Assembly (NCBI GenBank): GCA_002269645.1
Contig: NIVC01000412.1
Location: 186,001 to 250,000, forward strand
Source of the DNA: Macrostomum lignano
Lineage: Eukaryota
Direction: 5' to 3'
Length of the DNA: 64,000 nt
Numbering within the stretch: position 1 is the stretch's first letter; each line of letters begins with the position of its first letter. Below are positions 1 to 13,337 of this stretch, piece after piece. The translations under genes were made by a program, and so were the position numbers. The notes under the pieces are model-generated. The model was not told where the DNA came from. It saw only the letters and a program-made list of their open reading frames with translations, and did not search any database.

Positions 1-713
1 AGGTGACTTTGCACATTTTTTAAATTTGATTGACATTAAAATTTCATTCGCTTTACATTTTATTATAAAATCTGCTTTATATAATCGGTCAGACACTGCC
101 TGTTCGCTCACTAGTTGGCATAGCAGCCCGTCAGCACGGGAAATCTCACTGTTGGATATTCGTCACATGAAGACGTTATTTTTACGGCACTGCAGGTATT
201 TGTGATATTATTACTATAAGGACATTTCAGAATATTTGTTTGATGAATCTTAACTAATTAACAGTAAGAATACCAAACTATCTTTGGGCACCAAGTGGGG
301 AATTACAGCTGATTGAGCCTCGACACGACCCCCACACGGCACTTTGGACAGGTCCTGTTCTCGTTGAGGATCCTTGGTCTCGCAGTCCTCATTGTTTTGC
401 CGGAATTTTACGGTTTGCTAATCTAAACTCTGACTAGATGTGCTTGAATTCTGGATTGGAAATTTCTAGGACATAATTTTCGGCTGAGTAGTACCATTTA
501 AGGCTAGTAGTAAGTAGTACTTGCTTTGTGTGTTCTGAATGATTTTTCTACTCGTCCCTGTTGACAGTTTTGCATTATTTTGCGAATTCATCTTAGTTGT
601 GATGCCAACCTCAGTGTAAACTGCTCTGAGCAGGCGCCATATCTGTCAGTATTTTGGCGATCCTCCCGATTCGGTAAAGGCGGTAGAATTTCCATAGAAA
701 AACAGACACTCAC

Positions 714-3700
714 TTCCTTCCGCGTAGTCCATGCCGTTAATCGAGCACCGTTTGAGCACCATCTCATTTTCGGTGAGGGTGCCCGTCTTGTCGCAGAACA
801 CGTATTGAATCTGTCCCAGGTCCTCCGTGATGTTCCACGCCTTGCACTCGGCCATGGTTTTGCGGACCGGATCGTACAGCTGCATGTCGTGCTCAATGTA
901 CATGATTTGGCCCATTTTGACAAACTCAATGGTCAGGTAGAGACCCAGAGGGATCATGGCCTGCAAATGAGTTTTTGGGTTGTTATTGACGTCATTTGGG
1001 TATAAATAAGTTCAACTGCGTTCGAATAGCGACCTCTCTCAAGTCTCACCTGGTAGATGATCACGTAGGTCCAGAAGTTTATGAAGGCCTGCATCGCAGG
1101 TGACGACGAGGAGTCGCCGTCTACCAAAGCCAGAAAAATCACCGCCGATGGGTTCGAAAATGAGGCAGTCCAAATTCCGTTGGCTGAGTTTAAAAAATAT
1201 ATTTGCGTTACATGTCTGGTTTTGATATTTTGACAAAAGACGGAACTCTGTGCAAATTCGTTTTGAAAGCATGGTCAGCTGAAGCAGAAGAACGCTGCAC
1301 AATGCGTTGGCGAGATAGGAAGCTTCAGGCAAAGTTTCTTCGTTTCCGTGTTTCTGTGACCCACGACATTCATTTGTGGCTTGTGGGAGTTGTCGTGTGA
1401 TTAACACCCACGAGGACCAGCCCCCAAGGCACTGAGACTGTACATGCCTGATGATTACAAAGTCGGTGCTGCTCGTGGGACAATCCCACCGAAGGCGTCG
1501 CCCCAGTGTTCGCAACCTTTGTCGGAATATTTTATTTTAGTAATCGCCCTATTCTTTCCGCTCTCCAATATAATTTTTTGCGACAAAGCTATCAATCAAT
1601 GTCGGAAGATACTCATACCAGTACCTGTCCAGCACTTGCTCAGAAATCTGGTGAGTGAGTGAGAAGGTGAATGAGTGTAGAGAGCGTGAAATTAGAGCGA
1701 ATTAGAAGTTTTCTATATTACGAATTTGTTTTGAAGCGAAAATCGGCCTCCAGAAAAAACTTGCACGAGTTGCAAGACCAGCCTTTCTGCTTCAGCTGTC
1801 CATGTAATTAAATCCTGGTCAAGAAACTAAAATTTTTCTTGGTCCTCTTACACAATTAAGTGTTGCTTTTTAACCATAAATACTCACCAATCGCTCCACA
1901 GAAGCACATTATGAACAGCAGAACAATGCACCACACGACGCTATTATTGATCTGCTGCTCCAGCTTGCTTCTCTTGAACCTGGCCCCCTGATTGTTGAGC
2001 GACGCTTTCGTCTCTTGGCCGGCGTAGACAACCAGCCCAACGATTGTCTCGGTGTTCTTCAGCTTGCAGCCACGAAGCATGAGGTTCTCGGCGTGTATGG
2101 ACACGTCGTGATCTTCATTGTCGTCCACCCGGCTGGAGATGAAACAGTAGACAACTTTACCATAAAAAATATTCTTTAATGGCCGTTTCTATTGGAGCTA
2201 GCAGGTGAAAGGTCTCTAAGTCTGCATCTTCTACCGTCAAAGGTGGTATACTCTTACGCTAAACAAAACTGGTTTCTAAGGCGCTCACATTTTGCCTTCG
2301 AATCTGTTAATCTCGGCGTGGGGCTGCTCTACCTCGAGGCTGTAGCAGAAATTGGCCGGATTGAAAGCCTGAAGTTAAAAATAGTCATTGTTTTTGCTCA
2401 GTAGCAGCAGGTATCGATGGGGCACCAAACTGAGTGTCAGAACAAGCGTCAAAACTGGGTCCCAGGAGTGTCAAAACTGGGGTGTCAGAAGCATCAAGAC
2501 TGGGTGTCAGAAGCATCAAGACTGGGTGTCAGAAGCATCAAAACTGTATGTCAGAAGCGTCGAAACTGAGTGTCAGAAGCATCAAGACTGGGTTGTCAGA
2601 AGCGTCAAGACTGGGTGTCAGAAGCATCAAGACTGGGGTGTCAGAAGCGTCAAGACTGGGTTGTCAGAAGCGTCAAGACTGGGTGTCAGAAGCATCAAGA
2701 CTGGGTGTCAGAAGCATCAAGACTGGGGTGTCAGAAGCATCAAGACTGGGGTGTCAGAAGCGTCAAGACTGGGTGTCAGAAGCATCAAGACTGGGTGTCA
2801 GAAGCATCAAGACTGGGGTGTCAGAAGCGTCAAGACTGGGTGTCAGAAGCATCAAGACTGGGTGTCAGAAGCATCAAGACTGGGTGTCAGTACCCGAGCA
2901 GCTTCCTTATAAAAGCAGTCGCTATATTACGCTCATAGATCGGATAGTCAAACTATGAATAAGAATTGCTTGTTACAAAAGAACTTATTTAAGCGCGGCT
3001 GTTTGTCTATTTCTGTAATTCTCTCCGAATTGAGCTGAGCAGCAGCACTTCAATAGACAATTTCAAGCACACTCCAAGTTCGAGTTTGAGTACAAGCAGT
3101 GAGGGCGTTGAGTCTTGGTTACCATAGTGAGGTTTTGCGTGCGGGTCCTAAATCGGACGAGACTATTATTAGATTTTTCTGAATACGAGTTTGAATACCT
3201 TGGTCTCTTGGTTTCGTTTCTATTACTTTTTTCAGTCCGACCTGCATTCCGTCCTATTCTTTCACTGGTTTTTTGTTGCTATCAGGTCTAATTAGAGAAA
3301 CTGCAGCGCGCGCACTCACCTCTGCTTCCAGACCGCGACGTCTTCTTGAAGCCCTGCGGCCGGCCCTCTGCAAACAGAATGGAGAGGGGGTTGGGGTTGC
3401 CTCAGCTCGGTAGCCATAGCCTCTCCTGTTGCAAACAAGCGACCCTATGCACAAAAAGAAATAAAAACGAGAAATGTTTCTAATGAACAGTCAGATAGGC
3501 AGGCTGAGTTCGGGGTGAGAACTGAAGAAAGAATAACTATGAGATTAAACAAGAATGGTATGAGCACAAAAGTGCGTTCTATCTCTGTGTCTCTCCGGTC
3601 TTTGAGTATTACGAGCTATAAAGCATTCTGGGTGATTCGGTTTTTGAGGATGCTTTATTCTCTTAGGAGTCATGCTTAGGAGTGGGGGCCAGTAAATGCT

Positions 3701-5550
3701 ATGGGGGGCATCCCCCTACCCAACCTTGTGACCCCTTTATGGAAATCAATAATTTTGCTTCAGGATGACAAAATATACCGCTTGCGGCGTCAAAATGGGC
3801 GCCTGCGGCGCTAACATGAATGCCTGCGACGCACGCTAAAAATGAGTGCCTGTGGCGCCAATATGAGTGCCTGCAGCGCTAAAATGAGTGCCTGTGGCGC
3901 CAAAATGAGTGCCTGTGGCGCTAAAATGAGTGCCTGTGGCGCCAAAATGAGTGCCTGTGGCGCCAATATGAGTGCCTGTGGCGCCAATATGAGTGCCTGT
4001 GGCGCCAATATGAGTGCCTGCGGCGCTAAAATGAGTGCCTGTGGCGCCAAAATGAGTGCCTGCGGCGCTAATATGAGTGCCTGTAGCGCTAATATGAGTG
4101 CCTGCGGCGCTAAAATGAGTGCCTGTGGCGCCAAAATGAGTGCCTGCGGCGCTAAAATGAGTGCCTGTAGCGCTAATATGAGTGCCTGCGGCGCTAAAAT
4201 GAGTGCCTGCGGCGCCAATATGAGTGCCTGCGGCGCTAAAATGAGTGCCTGCGGCGCTAAAATGAGTGCCTGTGGCGCCAAAATGAGTGCCTGCGGCGCC
4301 AATATGAGTGCCTGTAGCGCCAATATGAGTGCCTGCGGCGCTAAAATGAGTGCCTGTGGCGCCAAAATGAGTGCCTGCGGCGCCAATATGAGTGCCTGTA
4401 GCGCTAATATGAGTGCCTGCGGCGCCAAAATGAGTGCCTGTGGCGCCAATATGAGTGCCTGCGGCGCTAAAATGAGTGCCTGCGGCGCTAAAATGAGTGC
4501 CTGTGGCGCCAAAATGAGTGCCTGTGGCGCCAATATGAGTGCCTGCGGCGCTAAAATGAGTGCCTGCGGCGCTAAAATGAGTGCCTGTGGCGCCAATATG
4601 AGTGCCTGTGGCGCCAATATGAGTGCCTGCGGCGCTAAAATGAGTGCCAGCGGCGCTAAAATGAGTGCCTGCGGCGCTAAAATGAGTGCCTGCGGCGCTA
4701 AAATGAGTGCCTGTGGCGCTAATATGAGTGCCTGTGGCGCCAATATGAGTGCCTGCGGCGCTAAAATGAGTGCCAGCGGCGCTAAAATGAGTGCCTGCGG
4801 CGCTAAAATGAGTGCTGTTCACACGATAAAATAGTTACGGTTTTGGTTTCGGTGATAAAACATATTGCGGATTATAAAGTAAGTCCATTTGGTGGACGAA
4901 ACACCTCGACTTGACTTAGCTGCCGCCATGTTATCTACTGACCGTTTCTGTTGGAAGCGCAACTCCGCGCTGTTTGAGATTTGTCTCGCCGTCCAAGTTC
5001 GACGTCTCAATGTAGCAGATCCCGGCTGGATCGGAGCTGTGCAGCAGCAAGATGTCCGCGGAATGATTTCTTCCTCGGTCAGTCGGACGATGTCTCCTGG
5101 CAGCAGGTTCTGGCACTGGTCGGCAACAAAGCCGCCCTCGTTTTTGCGGTACACGATGCACTTTTTCTTGTTAACGCGTTTATCGGCCTTGTAACGTTGA
5201 TAATCTTCCACGGCGTCTTTCACCGCAGTGAGACTCAGCACGAATACGACAGGGAACGGGGCGAGCTCTTTGGCATAGGCGGACACGTCGGGCATAAAGT
5301 TCAGAATGACAATGAAGATAAAATAGAGGTTGGCATAGCGGTGCAGCTGTTCCCACAGATTCAGCGGCAGGAACGTCAGTATGGTGTACTTTGTAGTTCG
5401 GACGACATTGTTCGAATAGGCTCGATTTGGATTTTCGGTTGGCAGCTGGTCCTCGAACAGAAAGCCAGGTGAAATTTTTCGCGTTTCCGGTAGAACCTTC
5501 CGGAAGCAGCGTCTGTACAGCCGCTCGAACACGGTGCAGTTATGACTCAT
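714..5550 (-). CDS. ATP10: Phospholipid-transporting P4-ATPase, class V (ATP10-like), 5' part; exons 5550-4943, 2368-2289, 2132-1888, 1183-1050, 960-714; gene presumably continues leftwards
   Basis: Motifs [45 protein letters not shown] and [23 protein letters not shown]. All four introns are GT-AG and the phases (0,2,1,0) join in frame. One 1-bp frameshift at 5060-5061. No further exon found left of 714. Confidence 0.9.
2427..2890. repeat. Minisatellite, 22-23 bp unit (gtcagaagcatcaagactgggt), about 20 copies, in ATPase intron 1
   Basis: Direct tandem repetition is visible; it explains the periodic ORFs at 2388-2958. Confidence 0.95.
3793..4815. repeat. Minisatellite, 21 bp unit (aatgagtgcctgcggcgctaa), about 47 copies, in ATPase intron 1
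   Basis: Near-perfect tandem array; the 3n period creates stop-free ORFs on both strands. Confidence 0.97.
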
Positions 5551-7419
5551 CTCTCGTCGTTGTTGATCTCTTGCAAAGTGCTTAGATTGTAGCTATTGAT
5601 TCATTTGAGATTCTGCGGTCTGCAAATTGTGCGGGAGTAGTTATATCAAGCCAAAGACCACTTTTTATCAGGCAACATGGTCATGGACAGTCCAAATCAT
5701 TTAATTTCAAAAAGCTAGAGTTGCAAATTTATAGACAACATCGAATGCCATATTTCGAAATGCTTAAAATTGTACTTGTATGCATGCTTAGTGGATACAG
5801 GTAAAAGCTAAATATTTAACAAAACAAACATTACTGTGCTTTGAAACTCTCCTAGTTGGTTACTGTCTTGAATTTCTATGCAATAAAATTAAGAACACTT
5901 TTCACTGTGGGTATATATGCCTTTTAACATGCTCAACATGGGCTAAAAACTAATCACATAGATAGCCAGCAAAAATTTGTGATAGTGAATTTTTTAAGCA
6001 TTTATGTGTTCATAAGCACATTTTGAGTCCAAGTTATATAAAAATGGAAAGCAAAAGATGTTATTTACTACAATTGAGAAAATATACCCATATAGTATAA
6101 CATAAGCCGGGGTTAGCTAGCGATCGAGTATTTTTAAAATTTATTTTCAAATCATGAAAAGGTTGAAGCCAGAAACATTCTGCTTGAAAGAAGCTTTTAA
6201 TCGTTGTAGTTTCCGAACAAAGATCGTTTTTATACTCTTTCGCATTGTGCTAGCGGCTAGCAAATATGATAATTTTAATAATATAAATTTGAGAAAATTT
6301 AGTCTTACTAAATCAAAAGAGCGAGTCGCGAGGTGGTACAAAACAGCGCATGCAAAAGAATGCTAATAAATAAATATATCCATGCATCTTGAAACTGAAA
6401 CAACAACTCACTTCTTTCGACGCCGTGCTCACTTAAAAATAAAAGTAGTAGATCTGGAAGTCAAAACTTGTGGTTATTAGTAATAGATAGTTGTACTTTA
6501 TTAATACTTATCCATTCAAAGTTTATTTATCAGTTTGAAATATATATTTGCTAAATAACCGGCTTTTGGAATGAAAAAAGAAATAAAATGTTTCGCTTTG
6601 TTAAAAGCGTCTCACAGTCCAAGGAGATGTTTCAAACATTGGATTCAATTTATGATGGGCGGAAACTTTTCTATTTGCATTACATCAATGATAAATGTTT
6701 ATTGAGGATGCATTCATTTTTATGACATTATAAAATTTTAGCAATTAACTTTATTATGTAAAATCATATACCTAAAGTAAATAAATGAAAGTAGTAATCA
6801 GCATAAAAGAAAAGAACCATATTAAGTTTTTCATTGCCAATGCGTTTCGTCCACATTGAACAATGAACATCGTCGAGGCTTGTTAAATTTATTAACCGCG
6901 TACTTTAGGTAAAATTATTAGACATAAATCCTTAAATATACAAATCCTTGTATCTAAATTTATGCTTGATGATTTTACTAGCCTAATCTAGTGATTTGAT
7001 GATCTAGTCACTATACTTCGCTTAAATGCTTACATTTTTTATTTTGCTTTTTTAAAAGATAAGCTATCATGCTATTTTTAATCAAAACAAGCAGTGACTA
7101 TTGTCCAGCTTAGAAAACGATTCGAGCTTTTAGTTTAGAAATTGTATTTTGTTCGATTAACAATTAAGTCAATGATCAAATTAATATTGCGAAAAATTAA
7201 AGTTGCGAAAAATTAAAATAAAATGTATTTTAGCTATTAGCTTTTAAAAATACTGATCTATATTTTTTGCTTTTGGAAGTTTTTGGAACTGCTAAGGTGA
7301 AATAACTAAACTTTTATTATATTTTTTTGTTAGAATAAAATTTTAATTCAACTAAACTGTAAACATTTATTTATTCATTATTTACTTGTTAACTTCAGAG
7401 CACCCAAAAGGCTACTGAG

Positions 7420-9910
7420 ATGCCCAAATCCAGAAGAAGCAGCAAAGATAAGCAGGACGGCGGCTGCGTCTCGGTTCCATCGCTGACCGTCGACTTGGCC
7501 GAAGATCCCGTCTGTCAAGGCGCGGTGGCCTGGCTGCAGAAAAGTGAGTCGGCACTGCTGTTTGACATCGCTGAGCGGCTGCTGCAGAATCAAGAATTCG
7601 ACATGGATGCCGTTCGATCCCAGATGCCCAGCCCGCTGCACTGGGTCATCGTTAAGCGGCACATCGACCTCGTCAAAGAAAGAGCATGTCCTTCCGACGG
7701 CGCTGATCCTGAAGCCAGCAGCCCCCAGCTGAACCAGGAGCCGTTGGCAGACGATCTGGGCCGAATGAACTCCCTACGTATCGATGCAAAATCCCTCGAG
7801 CCAAGCAAAAGCTTACAGGAATTCAGTCTGCCAGACGATCCACTTGGACACGCCTTCGTCGGCGACTTCTCCGAGAAGGACATGGAACAGTTGAGGACGC
7901 TGGCGCACATCGAACTGGCCGTGCAGTTTGAAAAAGCCGGTCATAGGCCGGCGTTTCGCTACACGGCGCCGCTGACACCAGCGCCGGCCTCTCCGTTGCC
8001 GCCGCCTTCGCCGACCTTCGGTTGGCGGAGACACAAATCGCCTAGCAGCAAGTCGAGAAACGGCGGCAGCAGCTGGTTCGGAGTGTCGCTCGAATCCATG
8101 TTGGAAGCGGAGCGGAAGCTGCGTTTACCCGAGACGCAGGTGAGTCAAGAGAGTTGTGAAGTATCCAAGAAGTATGAAGTGTGAAGTGTGAAGTGTGAAG
8201 TATGAAGAATCAGAACTATCCAAGTTCTGAACAGGACAAGCTCATTCAACATAGCGTAGCTCGGCTCTTAACGCCCAATTTTGCGAAATCTGCTATGTGT
8301 CGTGCTAAACACCTCATAACTGAACCTCACACACCGATTTAAGCAACTTCAACACCGATTTAGATACCCCATACACTAAGGATCTGAGAAGGGAGACCAA
8401 AGAAAAGCTTCAAAATAACTACAATCAATACATTCCGTACATAGCCTTTTAAGTACTTTTAAGGACTTGGATGAGATGTCACAGCGTTTTAGGCGACGGA
8501 TCCGACAAGTTATCGTTTAAAGTCGACTTGGTCCTGAGCACAGAGAGTGTACATGTCTGACGATTAGAAAGTCAGAGCCGCTGTACACCATGTGTGATGC
8601 GCTCAGAAATCAGCGAAATAGACAGATTTGCCTCAGCTCTGGTATTTTTAATCTTATAAATTCAATGGACTGAATTGGAACAATGTTGCTATAAGCGGTG
8701 CGCCAGCGTGGCCTCATCAATTTAACGTTACTTGTGCTTCTAGGTTCCCCATCTCGTGAGCTCGCTGATCAACCGCCTGCAAAGCTGCGGCCTCAATGAG
8801 GAGGGCATCTTCCGCGTCAGCGGCTCCGTCGCCGCTATCCGCGAGCTGCGCTCCCAAATCGAAACCGACGGACCGAATGCGCCGAAAATTGCCAAGGCTG
8901 ATCCCCACGACGCTGCCGGCTTGCTGAAGGGCTTCCTTCGCGACCTGCCTACGCCGCTGATGAGCGGGCCCTACGTAGAGTACTACCGGTGTCTCGACCA
9001 GCTGCCAACCATGCATCAGCGCCTCATTGGGGTGAACCTGCTCGTCATGCTGCTGCCGTCGGTCGCCTGTCACACGCTTAAAGCTGTAGTTGACCTTCTG
9101 GGAAGGTGGGTCGAAGCAGCCATGATCGTCGCCTTAAAAAGCGCTATTAACTACGCATAACAGCATCATTTTTGCCTTGTTTTTAGCGTCTTGGACCACC
9201 ATAACGAGAATCTAATGTCTCTCCGAGCCTTGGCAACAGTGATGACGCCCAGCCTCCTGCCAGAGGAGCTGACATCCACTCTCGGCGACAGCGAACGATC
9301 GGCGGCAATTGTTGAGCTGCTGATTAACTACAGACAGTTTGCTTGGCGAGTACCGGCCACCTTGGTGCGGCACCTGCGCTCTAATAAGTGCTTTTTCCAC
9401 GGACTGGACAGGTTGAATGAACCGGTAGAGGAGATTCAACAACCGGATCCCGATGAAGAGGTGAGAATAGCGGTCGGTGGTTTTAGTTCAATTATTTTTA
9501 TTCTACAGAGAATCAACGGCTTAACTATCATCGGACGTGGGCTGAACTATTATTGAAATCAGAAATTGGAATAGAAAGCAATACGGCCTACTGAAGTCAG
9601 AGAATATTCCCAATAGTATTGGGAACCGTGTTCAGTTGGAGAAGTAGCACTCAAGAAGCACTAATCACCCTTCCCACAGTCCATTAGCCTGACGTTGCCG
9701 GATGGCAGTTGTCAGAACATCAGCCTACCACGCGAACTAACAGCCTGGGATTTGTTGCATCGCCGTTGCGGCAGCGGCAACAACCCGGACGATTTCAACC
9801 TCTACGAAATTGGCGGCAACATCAAAGAGCGCCGACTACCAGCTAATACCCAATTGCGTCAACTATTGGCTGTCAATCCAAAAATGTCGCTGCTAATTCG
9901 GCATGCTTAA
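7420..9910 (+). CDS. Rho GTPase-activating protein of the ARHGAP18/28/40 (conundrum-like) family, about 528 aa; exons 7420-8139, 8744-9105, 9187-9460, 9680-9910
   Basis: RhoGAP core VPHLV..GLNEEGIFRVSG (arginine finger), DAAGLLKGFLRDLPTPLM, NLMSLRALATVMTPSL, and C-terminal LYEIGGNIKERRL typical of this subfamily. GT-AG introns are in phase and the total of 1587 nt is a multiple of 3. Confidence 0.9.
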
Positions 9911-10929
9911 AAAGGTCGCTACACTCAGATTTCTTAGGAATGAGCTGGGAGGCCGTCGCCAGTGCATTTGGCGTGCTCACGAGAAATCGGATCTTCAAGC
10001 GCTAATTTTTATCCACGGATTTTGTCTATGGCAAAATCCCATAACCGCTATCCGTTCTCCAGTGCATACTGAAAGCATTAGCAATATGAAACATGCACGT
10101 TCATTACCAGCTTCCCGGCTCATTTCGAAGACAATCGAATGGAACGTCATTCTTTTGTAATTGGTCATGTTTACCCCATGCTGTAGGTATAGACACCATG
10201 CCAAAACTAATATTCAGACTGAATCAAATGACTGATGATGCATTGCCTGGAAATTGTATACCTTATAGCTATATAAAAACAATTTCCTATTGGAACATTT
10301 TCGAAACATTCCAACTGTACTGACATTGTTTCATTCTGACGTAACTATTCCACAATTTTTATTCAAGTTATTTTGCAGCCCAGGTTTTAAAAAATAATTT
10401 ATTTATAAGAACCATGGTTATCTCATTCTTTTAATAGTCGCATGCTTTCCTTGTTTGTTAATTGACGGTCTCTGCGATTTTTTATACTCTATTTTTAGTT
10501 ATTTGTATTTTTACTGAAAATGCTTCCTGATTCGTGATTTGCATCCTCTGGCCCAATTCTTAATATTTTAATTTTGTATTCACTTTTTGGGTAGATCATT
10601 AGCGAGGGTTAATGCCTTGAGTTACCAGTTTATGAGAGCGTGAACTTCCTGAACTTCTCATCGTGATACTCATTTTTGTCTGTGATTGATACTGCAACAA
10701 ACCTCGATTTTAAAAACAAATAGTACAGCAGCACTTTCTTCAAACTTTATATTTTTCATATTCATTCGCTGTTCACGACTTGCTTAGTTTTTTTAAGTAT
10801 ATGGCCAATAAGGTGCTGTTTTTATATTGAGATTAGCTTTATTTGGTACATCTCGCTGCTGACACGGCAAAGTTTCCAATTTTTTATTTGCTTTATACTG
10901 TTTCATTTCGATTGCTTTTTTCGCGTTAA

Positions 10930-11623
10930 CAGTAGGGATAGCAAGAACAAGAAACCATTTTTCTGTCTGGCGAACTACACTCGTACCAAGGGAGGAGAAT
11001 CCCCCCTTCCCCCCCGAAATTTATTTGCTGCGCCGGAACGAAGCAACGCGAACACGGGCTGACTTTTCGTTGCGCACCTTCTCAAACAAGAATCAAGTCG
11101 CCAGCCCTTCCGGACTGTCGAGATATTCGACGATTCTGCCAGAGGGTCGGATTTTTCCCATCTGTGCGCCAACCAGCACTGCGCCCCAGTGCAGCCTTGC
11201 CAAGCCTCCAAATTTCATCAGCACGTCGACCACACATGTGTCTGCATCAGCACTGACTTCGTTGGTCACTGACCTTCACCCAGGTAGAGCTTCTTGACCT
11301 TCAACCGGTTGCACCAGGTGACAATGAACACCATGATGCGGATTTCTCTAGTTTCGCTGATCAAGCATCCACAGTGGGCAAACCTCAACTGCCAGGTATC
11401 TTCAACTAGTTTCAACTAGAATTCGAATATTCATTCAGCCATCGTTGGCACCGAGACGTCGAATATCTCGACGGTCCGGAGAGCTGGCAACTTGGTTGTT
11501 GTTTGAGAAGAAGCGCAACAAAAAGCCGTGTGTTTTTTTAATTTCGTGCGCCCTGCGTTGCTCCGTCCCGGCGCAGCAAAAAATTGTCAGTGGAATCCGG
11601 AATCCCCCTCGGTAGTTCTACTG
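10930..11623. mobile_element. Non-autonomous DNA transposon (MITE-like) with CAGTAG...CTACTG ends and TTAA flanks
   Basis: TTAA|CAGTAG at 10926-10935 and CTACTG|TTAA at 11618-11627. About 130 bp of imperfect inverted repeat (tttgctgcgccgg...gtcgagatattcgacg) on both sides. Confidence 0.75.
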
Positions 11624-12106
11624 TTAAACCATGGCTAGCAAGTTTGAAACGCCGAAAACTAAGCAAAATCCAGTAAAGCTCGTACTGTGCAGCCACGGAG
11701 ATCATGACTTGCCAGGTGTCAATAAGTTTAATTTAACCGCTTGTCCTCTCGATCAGCTGCTAGCTGCATAAAGATATTTTGCAAATGAAGAAAGTATTTG
11801 CACCTGCTGATGCTAGGGTAGCTAAAAGGCTCAGGTTTTAATTATATAATATCTGAATCCAGAGCTGCTTGGTAAGCTGCAAGCCGCAAGCCCAGTTCGG
11901 TGCTATTCTAAACTAAAATGACTTAATTAAGCTTGCTAATAGTAGACACATCTTGTAAATTTAAGCCATGCCACTGTGACTGTTGTAATTATTTCTTGTG
12001 ATCTAGGTCACGCCCTTGTACGAGTATGGAGAGACTTGCCAGGAATAAATGCATCAACATTAATAAAGATAGCGTTGTTCTTAACTCAGCTAATTGAGCT
12101 CAAAGT

Positions 12107-12669
12107 TAGCATTGAGCACAGCATTGAACAATCAGTGTAGCATTGAGCACAGCATTGAACAATCAGTGTAGCATTGAGCACAGCATTGAACAATCAGTGT
12201 AGCATTGAGCACAGCATTGAACAATCAGTGTAGCATTGAGCACAGCATTGAACAATCAGTGTAGCATTGAGCACAGCATTGAACAATCAGTTTAGCATTG
12301 AGCACAGCATTGAACAATCAGTGTAGCATTGAGCACAGCATTGAACAATCAGTGTAGCATTGAGCACAGCATTGAACAATCAGTGTAGCATTGAGCACAG
12401 CATTGAATAATCAGTGTAGCATTCAGCACAGCATTGAACAATCAGTGTAGCATTGAGCACAGCATTGAATAATCAGTGTAGCATTGAGCACAGCATTAAA
12501 CAATCAGTGTAGCATTGAGCACAGCATTGAACAATCAGTGTAGCATTCAGCACAGAGTTGAATAATCAGTGTAGCATTCAACACAGAGTTGAATAATCAG
12601 TGTAGCATTGAGCACAGCATTGAGCACAGCATTGAATAATCAGTTTAGCAATGAGCACAGCATTGAATC
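12107..12669. repeat. Minisatellite, 31 bp unit (tagcattgagcacagcattgaacaatcagtg), about 18 copies
   Basis: Tandem repetition with period 31 (12121 to 12152). Confidence 0.95.
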
Positions 12670-13337
12670 ATTCTTCTATTTTCTGACAGTAACAATGAAA
12701 TCAGTGCATAAGGTTTCAGAATAAAGCAAAAGCATAGGAATATTTAATAATGCTTGCGCAAAACCTTACTTATAGTAGCAAGCATCAGTTTTTTAGAGTT
12801 TGTGAATAGTTACATGTATGTTTTGTGCCGATGGGCAGCATGTTTTTTAACGATCGGTTACTGTAGCTCACAATTAGAACACACTAGTAACAATCTTCGC
12901 TTTTCATTGAGGAGAAAGGAGTGAAGAATTGATTAAATAAAATATATGCATATGTAGCTTTCAACATGGCCTACGCTCGTAAGACACCAAAGCCTCCCTT
13001 TAGCCATGGCACACAGAACATTCTCAAAAATTACACTCTCAAAGACTGCACAAGACACTATCTAGTCAGAAATTCTAGTTTCGTGTAGTCGGAAATTTTT
13101 CAAAAAACCGAAGAGCTTTTTTACCTTGATTGGTTTTGAGGCTACAGCATCATCGCCTGCACATTTTGACGACTCAAACAGAGACAGCGTCCAAGTCCAT
13201 CACCGTCGAAAACGAACACTGAGCTATGGAACCCGCTGCCTCACCTAGAATGACATTGATCACTATATTATGGCCAGAGTTTTCACAGTAGGAAAAAAGT
13301 CCTACCAAGTTTTAAGTTCTGCGTACTGAGTTTTTTA

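Noticed and set aside
300-420. Next ATPase exon
   Set aside because: The phase-1 reading from the obvious acceptor hits a stop, and no P-type ATPase motif is present.
1500-1650. Coding-like minus-strand stretch ([11 protein letters not shown]) in ATPase intron 3
   Set aside because: It has stops in the required phase and only a faint resemblance to LTR-element tails; too short to call.
3320-3425. Extra ATPase exon (good-looking AG and GTGAGT on the minus strand)
   Set aside because: It is 106 bp with a stop in the required phase, and exons 1 and 2 already join in frame without it.
3811-4834. Three ~310-330 aa ORFs (APQALIL, MSACGAK, GTHFSAA repeats)
   Set aside because: They are by-products of a 21-bp array, open on both strands and inside an intron of the ATPase.
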